From: a virus
Taxonomy: Duplodnaviria; Caudoviricetes
IMG/VR virus record: IMGVR_UViG_3300049138_000106
Coordinates: 1 to 41,273 of that record
Length of the DNA: 41,273 nucleotides
Reading direction: 5' to 3' (one strand)
Both the position numbers and the translations under genes were made by a program. Each line of letters begins with the position of its first letter. The first letter of the stretch is position 1. The notes under the pieces are model-generated. The model worked only from the letters and a program-made list of their open reading frames with translations. It was not told the origin of the DNA and ran no database searches. Shown piece by piece: positions 33,803-41,273 of this stretch.

Positions 33803-34075
33803 TCACCAGTCGAACATCCCCTCGTAGTCGCCCTCACCGGCTGTCGGCGAGGTCCCTGCCCACGACACCGGATGCCCCGTCCAGAACAGCGGCGCCGGCG
33901 CGGTGCGCTCCCCGTTCGGGTTGAGAACGTCCCGCACCTCGACGCACACCGCGGCCGGGATGATCTCGTCGTGCAGGTCCAGGCCGAGGTGCTCGACCAC
34001 CACATGCCGGACGTCGTCAGGCTGCAGCATGCCGAGGTCCTCGGCGAGATCCTGTGCGGTCATGCCCTCAGCCAT
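33803..34075 (-). CDS. Hypothetical protein (90 aa)
   Basis: ATG 34075 overlaps the upstream stop; MAEGMTAQDLAEDL... Confidence 0.65.
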   Translation of the reverse strand: MAEGMTAQDLAEDLGMLQPDDVRHVVVEHLGLDLHDEIIPAAVCVEVRDVLNPNGERTAPAPLFWTGHPVSWAGTSPTAGEGDYEGMFDW

Positions 34076-34520
34076 GGCTGTTGACTTCCGCGCGCTGCAC
34101 GTACAGCTCATAGCCGGTGCCGTAGTAGCCGTTCCCGTCCGAGCCCTCGAACGAGGCCACGTTGATCTCGGCCGCGTCCGCGAACACGAAGATCCGGTAC
34201 CATCCCTCGCCGTCGAGGTCATCGCCCGACGGGCTGTCCTCGAACCGCACCGACGTGATCACGTTGTCCACGGTGGCCAGGTGCGTGAGCTCGTAGTCCC
34301 CGGCCCCGCACGAGCACCCGCCCTCATGTCCTCGTGCGTAGATCCGGGTCCCGTCGTCGAGCGTGAGCACGCCCTCGGCGCCTGACGTGTAGCGCCACGG
34401 GTCCTCGACGCCAGGAATCGGCACGCTGCCCATCTCCGCGGCCACGATCCGCCGACCGATCAGCAGGGCCTCGATCTCGGCGTGGTTGGTCTCGTCCAGC
34501 TGAACCAGCTCATCGGTCAC
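34068..34520 (-). CDS. Phage-type conserved hypothetical protein
   Basis: GGGAGG RBS, GTG 34520. EGGCSCGAGDY...DNVIT...YRIFV...DGNGYYGTGYEL pattern that I recall from phage genomes. Confidence 0.75.
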   Translation of the reverse strand: MTDELVQLDETNHAEIEALLIGRRIVAAEMGSVPIPGVEDPWRYTSGAEGVLTLDDGTRIYARGHEGGCSCGAGDYELTHLATVDNVITSVRFEDSPSGDDLDGEGWYRIFVFADAAEINVASFEGSDGNGYYGTGYELYVQRAEVNSHG

Positions 34521-34704
34521 TGCGGGATCCTCCCAGTTTCTGCGCCTCCAGCGCAGCCGTGTAGAGCGTGCACCCGATGGACCGGCACGCGCTGCACCGC
34601 CCCTTCCCATCCGGGGCATGCTCCCGGAGCAGCTTCGCCGCCGACCCGTACCTGATGATGAGCCGTAGGAGGTCCCCCGACACCCTCGGCCCCTCTGCCG
34701 TCAT
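34510..34704 (-). CDS. Small His/Cys protein
   Basis: GAAGGGA RBS; HAPDGKGRCSAC...GC motif. Confidence 0.65.
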   Translation of the reverse strand: MTAEGPRVSGDLLRLIIRYGSAAKLLREHAPDGKGRCSACRSIGCTLYTAALEAQKLGGSRSDR

Positions 34705-34727
34705 GGCAGTCCCTTCTCATTGCGTTG

Positions 34728-34748
34728 ACCAGGTGAATCCCACCTGGT
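34728..34748. promoter_or_regulatory. Palindromic operator candidate between divergent genes
   Basis: ACCAGGTG-aatcc-CACCTGGT, perfect 8-bp arms. Confidence 0.45.
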
Positions 34749-34787
34749 GGTTGGGTTTTGTCAGGCCTGGCCCGCATACTGCGTGTC

Positions 34788-35183
34788 ATGGGGCAGACCG
34801 TGCTGATACCTGCCTGGGTGGCACCGTCGGCCCGGGCGGTGGCCGACTGCCACTGGATCGCCGCCGCCCACAACCCGCAGGTCCGGGCGGTCATGGACTG
34901 GGTAACGGACGGCGACACCACCGAGCCCAACGCGCTGGCGCTGCTCGGCGCATCGCACGGCGACGCGCAGAACACCATCGCGTGGCTGCTGGGCATGTCC
35001 CGGACCCCGCCGATCGAACTGCCCCGCCGCAACCCCGACCACACGGTGGTCACCGCCGACCAGCTGTACGCCGAGTACATGGCCGGCAAGACCGGGCTGC
35101 CGGAGCAGCGAAACGAAGCCCGCCAGCGAGCCACAACCGATGCCGCCCGATACCGGCGGCTCGCCGCGCTGGTGCCGCACTAG
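34788..35183 (+). CDS. Hypothetical protein, probably leaderless
   Basis: CATACT -10-like hexamer 7 nt before ATG 34788. Confidence 0.65.
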   Translation: MGQTVLIPAWVAPSARAVADCHWIAAAHNPQVRAVMDWVTDGDTTEPNALALLGASHGDAQNTIAWLLGMSRTPPIELPRRNPDHTVVTADQLYAEYMAGKTGLPEQRNEARQRATTDAARYRRLAALVPH

Positions 35184-35209
35184 CGCCCCCTCTCTAGTGC
35201 GGCACCAGC
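35168..35209. repeat. Perfect 16-bp inverted repeat
   Basis: GCTGGTGCCGCACTAG-N10-CTAGTGCGGCACCAGC at the convergent gene ends. Confidence 0.85.
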
Positions 35210-35680
35210 CGCGGGAGGCTCCTCAGCCACAGCCGGGGCCTGTTCGGCTTCCCGGCATGCCTCCCGCGCCCGAGCAACCGTCTCCGCCGTGCGCTGCAGC
35301 GGCACCACAACTTCCGCGCGGCGCCGCTGCATCTCCGCGTACGGCACGTGAACATCGGCGTGCCCACGGCGTGCGTACTCCGCGGAGATGGCGTGGCTGG
35401 CCTCCATCCGATCCCGCCGCTCACCGGCCTCGCTCGCCAGCCGGTTCGAGATCGCAGGCCCTTGCGCCGCAGCGACGTTCCGCTCGTGGCGGGCGTACGC
35501 CGCGGTTTGCGTGCGCCAATCAGCGGCAGCCCACTCCGCAGTGCCGACCTCCGGAACGTCCCCTGGGATGGAGTCGGCGATCCGGTTGCGGTACTCGATG
35601 ACCGCGCGGGCCTTCACATCCCACTCGTCCGGTCTCCAGTCACCGACGGTGTCGTCCCATTCGTCGAGTACCGGCATCAC
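35180..35680 (-). CDS. Hypothetical protein, tentatively DUF2742-like
   Basis: GTGA-coupled to the relaxase stop; PEVGTAEW...ASHAIS...YAEMQRRR pattern. Confidence 0.6.
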   Translation of the reverse strand: MMPVLDEWDDTVGDWRPDEWDVKARAVIEYRNRIADSIPGDVPEVGTAEWAAADWRTQTAAYARHERNVAAAQGPAISNRLASEAGERRDRMEASHAISAEYARRGHADVHVPYAEMQRRRAEVVVPLQRTAETVARAREACREAEQAPAVAEEPPAAGAALERGR

Positions 35681-38600
35681 GCGCTCCTCGCAGCGACGTC
35701 AGCTTCTTCGCGCGCGGCGAGCCACTGCTGGGCGCGCTCCGCGGCCTCTTCGTCCTCCCGCACCCGGTCCGCGGTTTCGCGGGCATGCACCTCGAGCAGC
35801 GCCTCCCGCGCCCGCGCAACAGCCGCAGCCGTGGCGTCCGCGTCCGGTACCTGCCGCCGCGGTGTGGCATCGACGGCCTCGTTGGGATCGATCACGGCGA
35901 CATCGCGGATGTCGGCGACCGCGGTCTCGACACCACGCGGGCGGTCGTCGACCCGCTCGTCCGCGGCCAAATCGGTTTCGTAGACTGCGCGGTGCTGCTC
36001 GGCCTCTGCCAGTTCTGCGCGGTGCGCTTCAAGCCACTCCGCCGCAGTGACCCGCCCGGACGTATCCGTCAGGTCAACTCCACGTCGCCCGAGTTCAACC
36101 TTGCCGCGTTCCGCTAGGTCACGGGTGACAGCGGTGTGCGCGTACCAGCGGGCCCGCGCCTGGTCCGCCTCCGCAAGTGCGAGGGCCTGAAGCTCAAGCT
36201 CCTCGGCCCTCTCGTCCGCTTCACGGGCGGCCTGCGCAACCTGCTTCCGCTCGGCGTCGTTAAGAGTTTCGGCGTGGGCTGCCCACAACTGGGCGTTCGC
36301 CCGAGCGGTCGCCGCCTCCTCGTTGGTGGCCGCGAGCTCGTCGGCCACATAGCGGGGGGCCCACTGCTGCTCGCGTTCCCACGCAGCCACCCTCATCCGC
36401 AGCTGCCCGTCGGTGAGCATCGCCTCCTCAGCCGACACATCCGGCAGACCGAGGGCGTCGTGGGCGGTGCACCACACCGCATGCTTCTCCGGCAACCCCG
36501 CCGCCGGGGCGGGCCCGAGCGCGTTGGCTTCGTCGGTGTATCCAGAGTTCTCCCGGTCCGCTGCAGCCCACCCGGCGCGGGACTCCCACACGGCCCGGCG
36601 CAGCGGATCCTCCGGGACCGGGCCAAGGGTTTCGCGAGCCCACTGCGGCGGCTCCTCCGCGACCCGGGCGCCGAGCTCGTGACGGCGCTGGTCGGACCGC
36701 TCCGCAAGGTCCTCGAGGTACGGCCTCCACCGCTCCGGCGTCCATGACGGGATCAGGTCCCGGTAGGAGGAGATGCGGGGCGCGATCTTCCCGACTTCGT
36801 TCCGCAGTCGGGCGTGCAGCACCTGCCCCACCGACCGGGCGTCCGCGAGCGACTTCCCGTCGAGGGCGTCACGCACCAGCTGGGCGGGGTCGCGGCCGCT
36901 GACCTCGGCGTGCCGCAGCAGCCGCTCCACCGACCCCATTGCCTCGTCAGCGGCGAACCGTTCCCGCTCCTCCGCCGAGATGACACCGTCGGCCGCCAGG
37001 TGGTCGAGGATGTTCGAGGTGCGCCCGCCGGACATGATGCTGACGGCATCGATCAGGCGATCGAAGTTCCGGAACGTCGACTTCTCGTCCTCCACCGCCT
37101 GGGCCTGCTGAGCGAGCGCGCCACGTTCTTCCTCGGCCCGCTCGAGCATGTCTCCGAGCACGGCCTTCGCGGTGCGCGGCTCCACCTCTTGCGCCTCACC
37201 CACCGGGGCATCCGACGCCAGCGGCTTCGTGACGACCCATAGCGTGTTCGAGTCCGCGCCGCGGGTTGCCATCACATACGCGCTGTTCGCGTCGACCTTG
37301 TCGACGACCCCGTGCGCGGTGTCCACCGTCCGCCCCTGCGCCGCGTGCACCGTCGACGCGTACGCCAACGTCACGTCCTCGCGGACGTACTCGGCCGGCA
37401 ACACCATCGGGTTGCCGTCGCGACTTTCAACCCGCAGCGACCCATCCTCCAGGATTTCGGTCACCCGGAACGTCTGCCGGTTGATCACAGGGGTGTCGAT
37501 GCGCCAGTTGTTCTTCCGGGCCTGCACCACATCCCCAACACCGGCGACGGTGCCTTCACGGTCGAGCGCAACACCCCGTTCTTCAACCCGCCCCAGCCGG
37601 ACGAGCTCGGCGCGCAGATCGGCGTTCACCCGAGCGGCGGCCTCGTTGCTGCCGACCAGCAGAAGCGACCGCCGACCGGCCAAGGTGTCGGCCAGCCATG
37701 CGCGTGAAGCCTTCCGCTCCGCCTCTTCAGGCGTGCCAGCTGACCGCAGGCGGCCATGCTTGTCGTAGTCGTCCAGCGCGGAGACGTCACCCTCGCGGAG
37801 ACGGAGCGACGCGTCGCCCTCCCAGGCGTGAGAGAACCGGCGCACCTCCGTCAGCTCGTACGACTTCGCCTGGGCGCCGAGGTCGGCGAGCGCCCCGCCG
37901 GGGCCGACCGCCGCGAGCTGGCGGGAGTCCCCGACGAGCAGGAGCTTCGCCGCCGCTGCTTCACACCGCTGGACAATGTCCGCGACATCCTGGGTGGACG
38001 CCATCCCCGCCTCGTCCACCACAACCAGGTCGCCGGGACGGAGCTGCAGGTCTTCGTCGCGCTCCAACTCACCGCGCCACCGGGAGATGTTGAACGCCCG
38101 CACACCCTCCTCGGACATGATGTCGGCGGCGTTCTGGCTCGCGGCGAGGCCGAAGGTGCGGTGCCCGTGCTCCGCCCACGCTTCGGCGATCGCCCCGACG
38201 GTGAAGCTCTTGCCGGTGCCTGCGGCGGCGGTCAAGGTTTCGACGTGGGCGCCGGAGGTGAGCACCCCGCGAACGGCGACATCCTGGTCGACGCCCAGGC
38301 GGAAACCGGCCGCGGCGAACCGGTCCACCGCAGCGGCGGCTTGCTCCGCGGTCAGCTTCGCGGCGCCGGTGCGGACAGCGGCACGCTCGTTGATCCGCTC
38401 GGCGGTCAGCTGGTCCGGTGTCGTGAACTTCGCCGAGCCAGGCCGCTGATACGCGGACAGGCCGTTGGCGAGCCTGAAGTCGGCCGGCAAACCGTCCGCG
38501 TCCTCCGTTGCCACCACCACGACGGCGTCGGCCAGGGCCTTGTCGGCGAGACCTTCCAGCAGAGTGCGCACTTTCGTGGGCTCCACGCCGAGGTTGCCGG

Positions 38601-39897
38601 GCAGCGCCGACGACACTGCGAAGATGAGATCGGAGCGGGTCCACGTCTGCTGGTTCTTCCCCACCATCGCCAGAGCCCGCTCGAGGACATCCCTCTCGTC
38701 CCACGACTCCGCCGGCCCAGCATCGCGCTGAGCGAGAACATCGTGGGCGACCTTCGACAAGCCACCTGTCAACGCGGTGCGCGCCTGACGCTCCCACCGG
38801 TCCAGGCGCTCCTCCGCGGTCTCACCGTCGTGCGACTTCCCCTTGCGCGTCAGGAGGGTCGCTTGCTCATGGATCAGCTTCCGCTCCAACACCGATGCCT
38901 CACGGCCGTGTCGCTGCTCGAAGTCGGCGATCAGCTCGGCTGCGCGAGCGGTCACCGCATGCCGGCGTGACGAGAACAGGTCCATCACAGCCTGGTCGAC
39001 GCCGACGATCTCCCGGGCGGCACCATCGGGGCGGGTCTCGAACCGGACACCCAGGATGCGGGCGAGCTCGGCCTCCATCACCCGCTCACCAATCGCACCA
39101 GCTGACCAGCGGTGCAGGCGGAGAGCGGACTCGTCGACTCCGGTCCAGTTGCCGTCGACCCGCTGCAACTTGTTCAGGATCGCCTGGTGCACATGCAGCT
39201 GCGGATCCCTGTCACGGGAGTCGTGCTGCAGGAACTGGGCCACCACGAACTTGTTCGCGTCGCCCCACCGGTTCGCCCCACCACCGTGCCGCCCGACGCG
39301 GGCGTACCCGGCGACCTCCTCCAGGTAGTCGATGGAGGCGCGCGCGCCGGCCATCACTGCCTTCTCGACGGCCTCGTTCATGGCGCGCCACGCATCCGCC
39401 TCGGCGAGGCGGCCAGCGGATCTTGCGTCGTTCGCGGCCCGCTCGAACGCCACCGACAACACCGTGACGGACTTGCTGGGGGAGAAGGTCATGTCGAAGA
39501 ACGCGATCGGCTGGCGTGCCTTCTTCTCGGCCGCCGCCAAGAGCTCGGCCCGCCGCTCCGGCCCGGCGTCTGGCTCCCGAAGCAGCGCCTTCTCGTACAG
39601 CTCCTGCGGCGTCGCGTACTTCTTGTGCGGGGCACCCAACGTGGGCGCCTCCGCCCACCTCGCCCTCTCATGTGTCGCTTCATCGCGTGGGTCGAGCAGG
39701 CGGGCGTAGATCGCCTCCATCAGATCGGAGTCGACCTCGCCCGCCAACCCGAGCTCCTGGGCTCCCGCTCCCCACCACTGGCCGGGCGGCTCACCCGCCG
39801 CCACGGCCCCGGAGTAGTAGCCCTCCCTTCCACTGGCGACAGGCCCAGTCAAGTAACTGACCGAATAGCCCTTGGCGAACCCGAGCACGGCACTCAT
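35677..39897 (-). CDS. mobF: MobF (TrwC/TraI-type) relaxase with RecD-like SF1 helicase domain
   Basis: GYY...GEPPGQWWG, FDMTFSPSKSV, HDSRDRDPQLHVH (3H motif). Walker A AAAGTGKS, VVDEAGM, LVGDSRQL, YASTVHAAQGRTVD. Confidence 0.93.
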   Translation of the reverse strand: MSAVLGFAKGYSVSYLTGPVASGREGYYSGAVAAGEPPGQWWGAGAQELGLAGEVDSDLMEAIYARLLDPRDEATHERARWAEAPTLGAPHKKYATPQELYEKALLREPDAGPERRAELLAAAEKKARQPIAFFDMTFSPSKSVTVLSVAFERAANDARSAGRLAEADAWRAMNEAVEKAVMAGARASIDYLEEVAGYARVGRHGGGANRWGDANKFVVAQFLQHDSRDRDPQLHVHQAILNKLQRVDGNWTGVDESALRLHRWSAGAIGERVMEAELARILGVRFETRPDGAAREIVGVDQAVMDLFSSRRHAVTARAAELIADFEQRHGREASVLERKLIHEQATLLTRKGKSHDGETAEERLDRWERQARTALTGGLSKVAHDVLAQRDAGPAESWDERDVLERALAMVGKNQQTWTRSDLIFAVSSALPGNLGVEPTKVRTLLEGLADKALADAVVVVATEDADGLPADFRLANGLSAYQRPGSAKFTTPDQLTAERINERAAVRTGAAKLTAEQAAAAVDRFAAAGFRLGVDQDVAVRGVLTSGAHVETLTAAAGTGKSFTVGAIAEAWAEHGHRTFGLAASQNAADIMSEEGVRAFNISRWRGELERDEDLQLRPGDLVVVDEAGMASTQDVADIVQRCEAAAAKLLLVGDSRQLAAVGPGGALADLGAQAKSYELTEVRRFSHAWEGDASLRLREGDVSALDDYDKHGRLRSAGTPEEAERKASRAWLADTLAGRRSLLLVGSNEAAARVNADLRAELVRLGRVEERGVALDREGTVAGVGDVVQARKNNWRIDTPVINRQTFRVTEILEDGSLRVESRDGNPMVLPAEYVREDVTLAYASTVHAAQGRTVDTAHGVVDKVDANSAYVMATRGADSNTLWVVTKPLASDAPVGEAQEVEPRTAKAVLGDMLERAEEERGALAQQAQAVEDEKSTFRNFDRLIDAVSIMSGGRTSNILDHLAADGVISAEERERFAADEAMGSVERLLRHAEVSGRDPAQLVRDALDGKSLADARSVGQVLHARLRNEVGKIAPRISSYRDLIPSWTPERWRPYLEDLAERSDQRRHELGARVAEEPPQWARETLGPVPEDPLRRAVWESRAGWAAADRENSGYTDEANALGPAPAAGLPEKHAVWCTAHDALGLPDVSAEEAMLTDGQLRMRVAAWEREQQWAPRYVADELAATNEEAATARANAQLWAAHAETLNDAERKQVAQAAREADERAEELELQALALAEADQARARWYAHTAVTRDLAERGKVELGRRGVDLTDTSGRVTAAEWLEAHRAELAEAEQHRAVYETDLAADERVDDRPRGVETAVADIRDVAVIDPNEAVDATPRRQVPDADATAAAVARAREALLEVHARETADRVREDEEAAERAQQWLAAREEADVAARSA

Positions 39898-39902
39898 CGC
39901 AG

Positions 39903-40094
39903 TCAGCGCACCCGCGCCCGAGCCTCAGCCGCCCGCTGGGTGGGAGGCGCCTCCGCCTCCACGCCCGGCACGAACGACAGGACACCCGCGATCAGGTCCC
40001 GGACGTGCTGCACCGCCATCGCGGTCCGGTCACCCATCTCCCACGTCTGGGCGCCCCACCGGGTGGGACAACCGCGGTGCTTCTCGTCGCTCAC
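39903..40094 (-). CDS. Small hypothetical protein
   Basis: GTGA-coupled start (VSDEKHRG...); ends just before the relaxase ATG. Confidence 0.5.
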   Translation of the reverse strand: MSDEKHRGCPTRWGAQTWEMGDRTAMAVQHVRDLIAGVLSFVPGVEAEAPPTQRAAEARARVR

Positions 40095-40439
40095 CGCGCC
40101 CACCCGTTCTCACCGCGATCCGGCATCGACCATCCCCACATGTCGCACTGGGCTTGCCTGCACGCCGTCTCATAAGCCAGGCGCCCGGCCAGCCGGTCAG
40201 CCCTGCTGCGATGCATCTGTGCGTCCCCGAGCAGCTGGTCAGCCTCATCGGTGGCGCGAGACCACCTCAGCGCCTCCTGCTCCGCGTGCCCCGCCCACTC
40301 CTCGGCATTAGCCAGGTTCGACCGGAGTGAGCCGAAGAAGTCCGGGTCGTATGTGACGGTTCCGCGATCGGCTGCGGCGTGATCAGCACGGCCGGTCAAG
40401 CGACCGAACAAGCCACGGAGGCTCACCGCGCCCACCCGT
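40089..40439. repeat. 19-bp direct repeat at two gene junctions
   Basis: GCTCACCGCGCCCACCCGT at 40089-40107 and 40421-40439. Confidence 0.85.
40091..40426 (-). CDS. Hypothetical protein
   Basis: GTGA-coupled start (VSLRGLFGRL...); ends GWAR. Confidence 0.6.
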   Translation of the reverse strand: MSLRGLFGRLTGRADHAAADRGTVTYDPDFFGSLRSNLANAEEWAGHAEQEALRWSRATDEADQLLGDAQMHRSRADRLAGRLAYETACRQAQCDMWGWSMPDRGENGWAR

Positions 40440-40581
40440 CCTGCCCAGCGATCTCGGCGTCGCGCTGCGCCCAGGCGGCTTCGATCTCGGCCTGCCGCTG
40501 CGCGTCTTCGGCGTCACCGGCTTCGTACGCCTCGCGGATGACGTCGAGCATCTCGTGCGGGCCCTGGAAATGGCGGTGCAT
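40423..40581 (-). CDS. 52-aa hypothetical protein (not in ORF track)
   Basis: GAAAGGAAG RBS. MHRHFQGPHEMLDVIREAYEAGDAEDAQRQAEIEAAWAQRDAEIAGQDGWAR. Confidence 0.65.
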   Translation of the reverse strand: MHRHFQGPHEMLDVIREAYEAGDAEDAQRQAEIEAAWAQRDAEIAGQDGWAR

Positions 40582-40726
40582 GGCATCTTCCTTTCGCGGT
40601 TGTTGATCACCTTCGGATCGGGATGCTTACGGTGTGGTCGAGAGTTCTGGTGGTTGTGGATCTAGAGATGTTGATCAGAAGGTGGATCTTGCAGAGGTGT
40701 AAGTAGTGCGAATGGAGTAGGGCGTG

Positions 40727-41224
40727 TCAGCTGGATGGTCTGCGGAGAAGGCGGTCTGAGTACTCGCGCGCGTGCTGCAGCTGCTGCTCAGTGGGCTCCG
40801 CCGGAAGGCCGGTAGAAGTCCAGGCATCCGCGACAGCGTCGAGGTGAGCCACAAGCGGCGCCGCCATAGGCGGCTGACCACCGAAAACGTGCCGGGAAAG
40901 ATCACATGTGCCGAGGATGGCGCGGACGCGCTCGACAACTCCAGGGCGCTGCTGGTGGTGCCACAGGCCGGCGCGCGTAGCCCAACCGCGGCCCGAGTAG
41001 GCCTCGGCGTGCGCACACCGCAGCCACCACAGCTCCTCGATCACCGGCGGGTGCCAGGCCCAGCAGTCCCGCAGCTCCGTCCCCGGGTACCGCAGGTACA
41101 CGGCGTCCAGCCACCCGCGGAGGTTGTCGAGCATGTCCCGGGCGACCTGAGGGTCGGACACCTGCAGCCACGACTCCGCCTTGGCGGAGTTCATCTCGAT
41201 GAGGCGGGCGAGGTCACCCACCAA
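40727..41224 (-). CDS. DUF4913-like protein of actinobacterial mobile elements (start may lie further upstream)
   Basis: LRGWLDAVY...CWAWHPPVIEELWWL...W pattern. Confidence 0.6.
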   Translation of the reverse strand: MVGDLARLIEMNSAKAESWLQVSDPQVARDMLDNLRGWLDAVYLRYPGTELRDCWAWHPPVIEELWWLRCAHAEAYSGRGWATRAGLWHHQQRPGVVERVRAILGTCDLSRHVFGGQPPMAAPLVAHLDAVADAWTSTGLPAEPTEQQLQHAREYSDRLLRRPSS

Positions 41225-41273
41225 CGAGGCGCTCGCCCAGCGGGTGGACGAACTCGGGTCGATGCTCGAGGCG

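Noticed and set aside
40590-40726. oriT candidate (GGTGTGGT at 40631-40638 resembles the F-plasmid nic region)
   Set aside because: Only an 8-nt match with no convincing adjacent inverted repeat; the lower-GC gap is equally explained as a promoter region.
1-41273. CRISPR array, tRNA, rRNA, integrase or att site
   Set aside because: None recognisable by eye; the repeats found are coding repeats or isolated pairs.

Overview
High-GC actinobacterial siphovirus or prophage late region, from the 3' end of the portal gene through the lysis cassette (1-33.5 kb, mostly + strand). It is followed without an obvious att site or integrase by a mostly minus-strand block carrying a MobF/TrwC relaxase-helicase (33.6-41.3 kb). 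The head, neck and tail genes are conventional and include a GGGGGAA -1 frameshift in the tail chaperone. The tail-accessory block (11.9-27.9 kb) is unusually large and encodes PL7-like (x2), PL6-like, GH16-like, two further beta-helix and one probable TIM-barrel glycanase domains. The most striking signal is two protein domains each split between consecutive genes: a PL6 beta-helix (genes 13794/15434) and a PKD/Ig-like domain (genes 15434/17597). At each break a Pro/Gly linker plus about 0.8 kb of extra enzyme domain is attached. This suggests a daisy-chain in which split-domain complementation tethers a branched enzyme array to the tail tip. The phage also encodes a class F sortase next to a secreted Excalibur-domain candidate substrate whose sorting motif lacks a TM anchor. 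Three antisense, apparently leaderless moron genes and several small ORFs missing from the ORF track are present. All family assignments come from motif recognition by eye; no searches were run.
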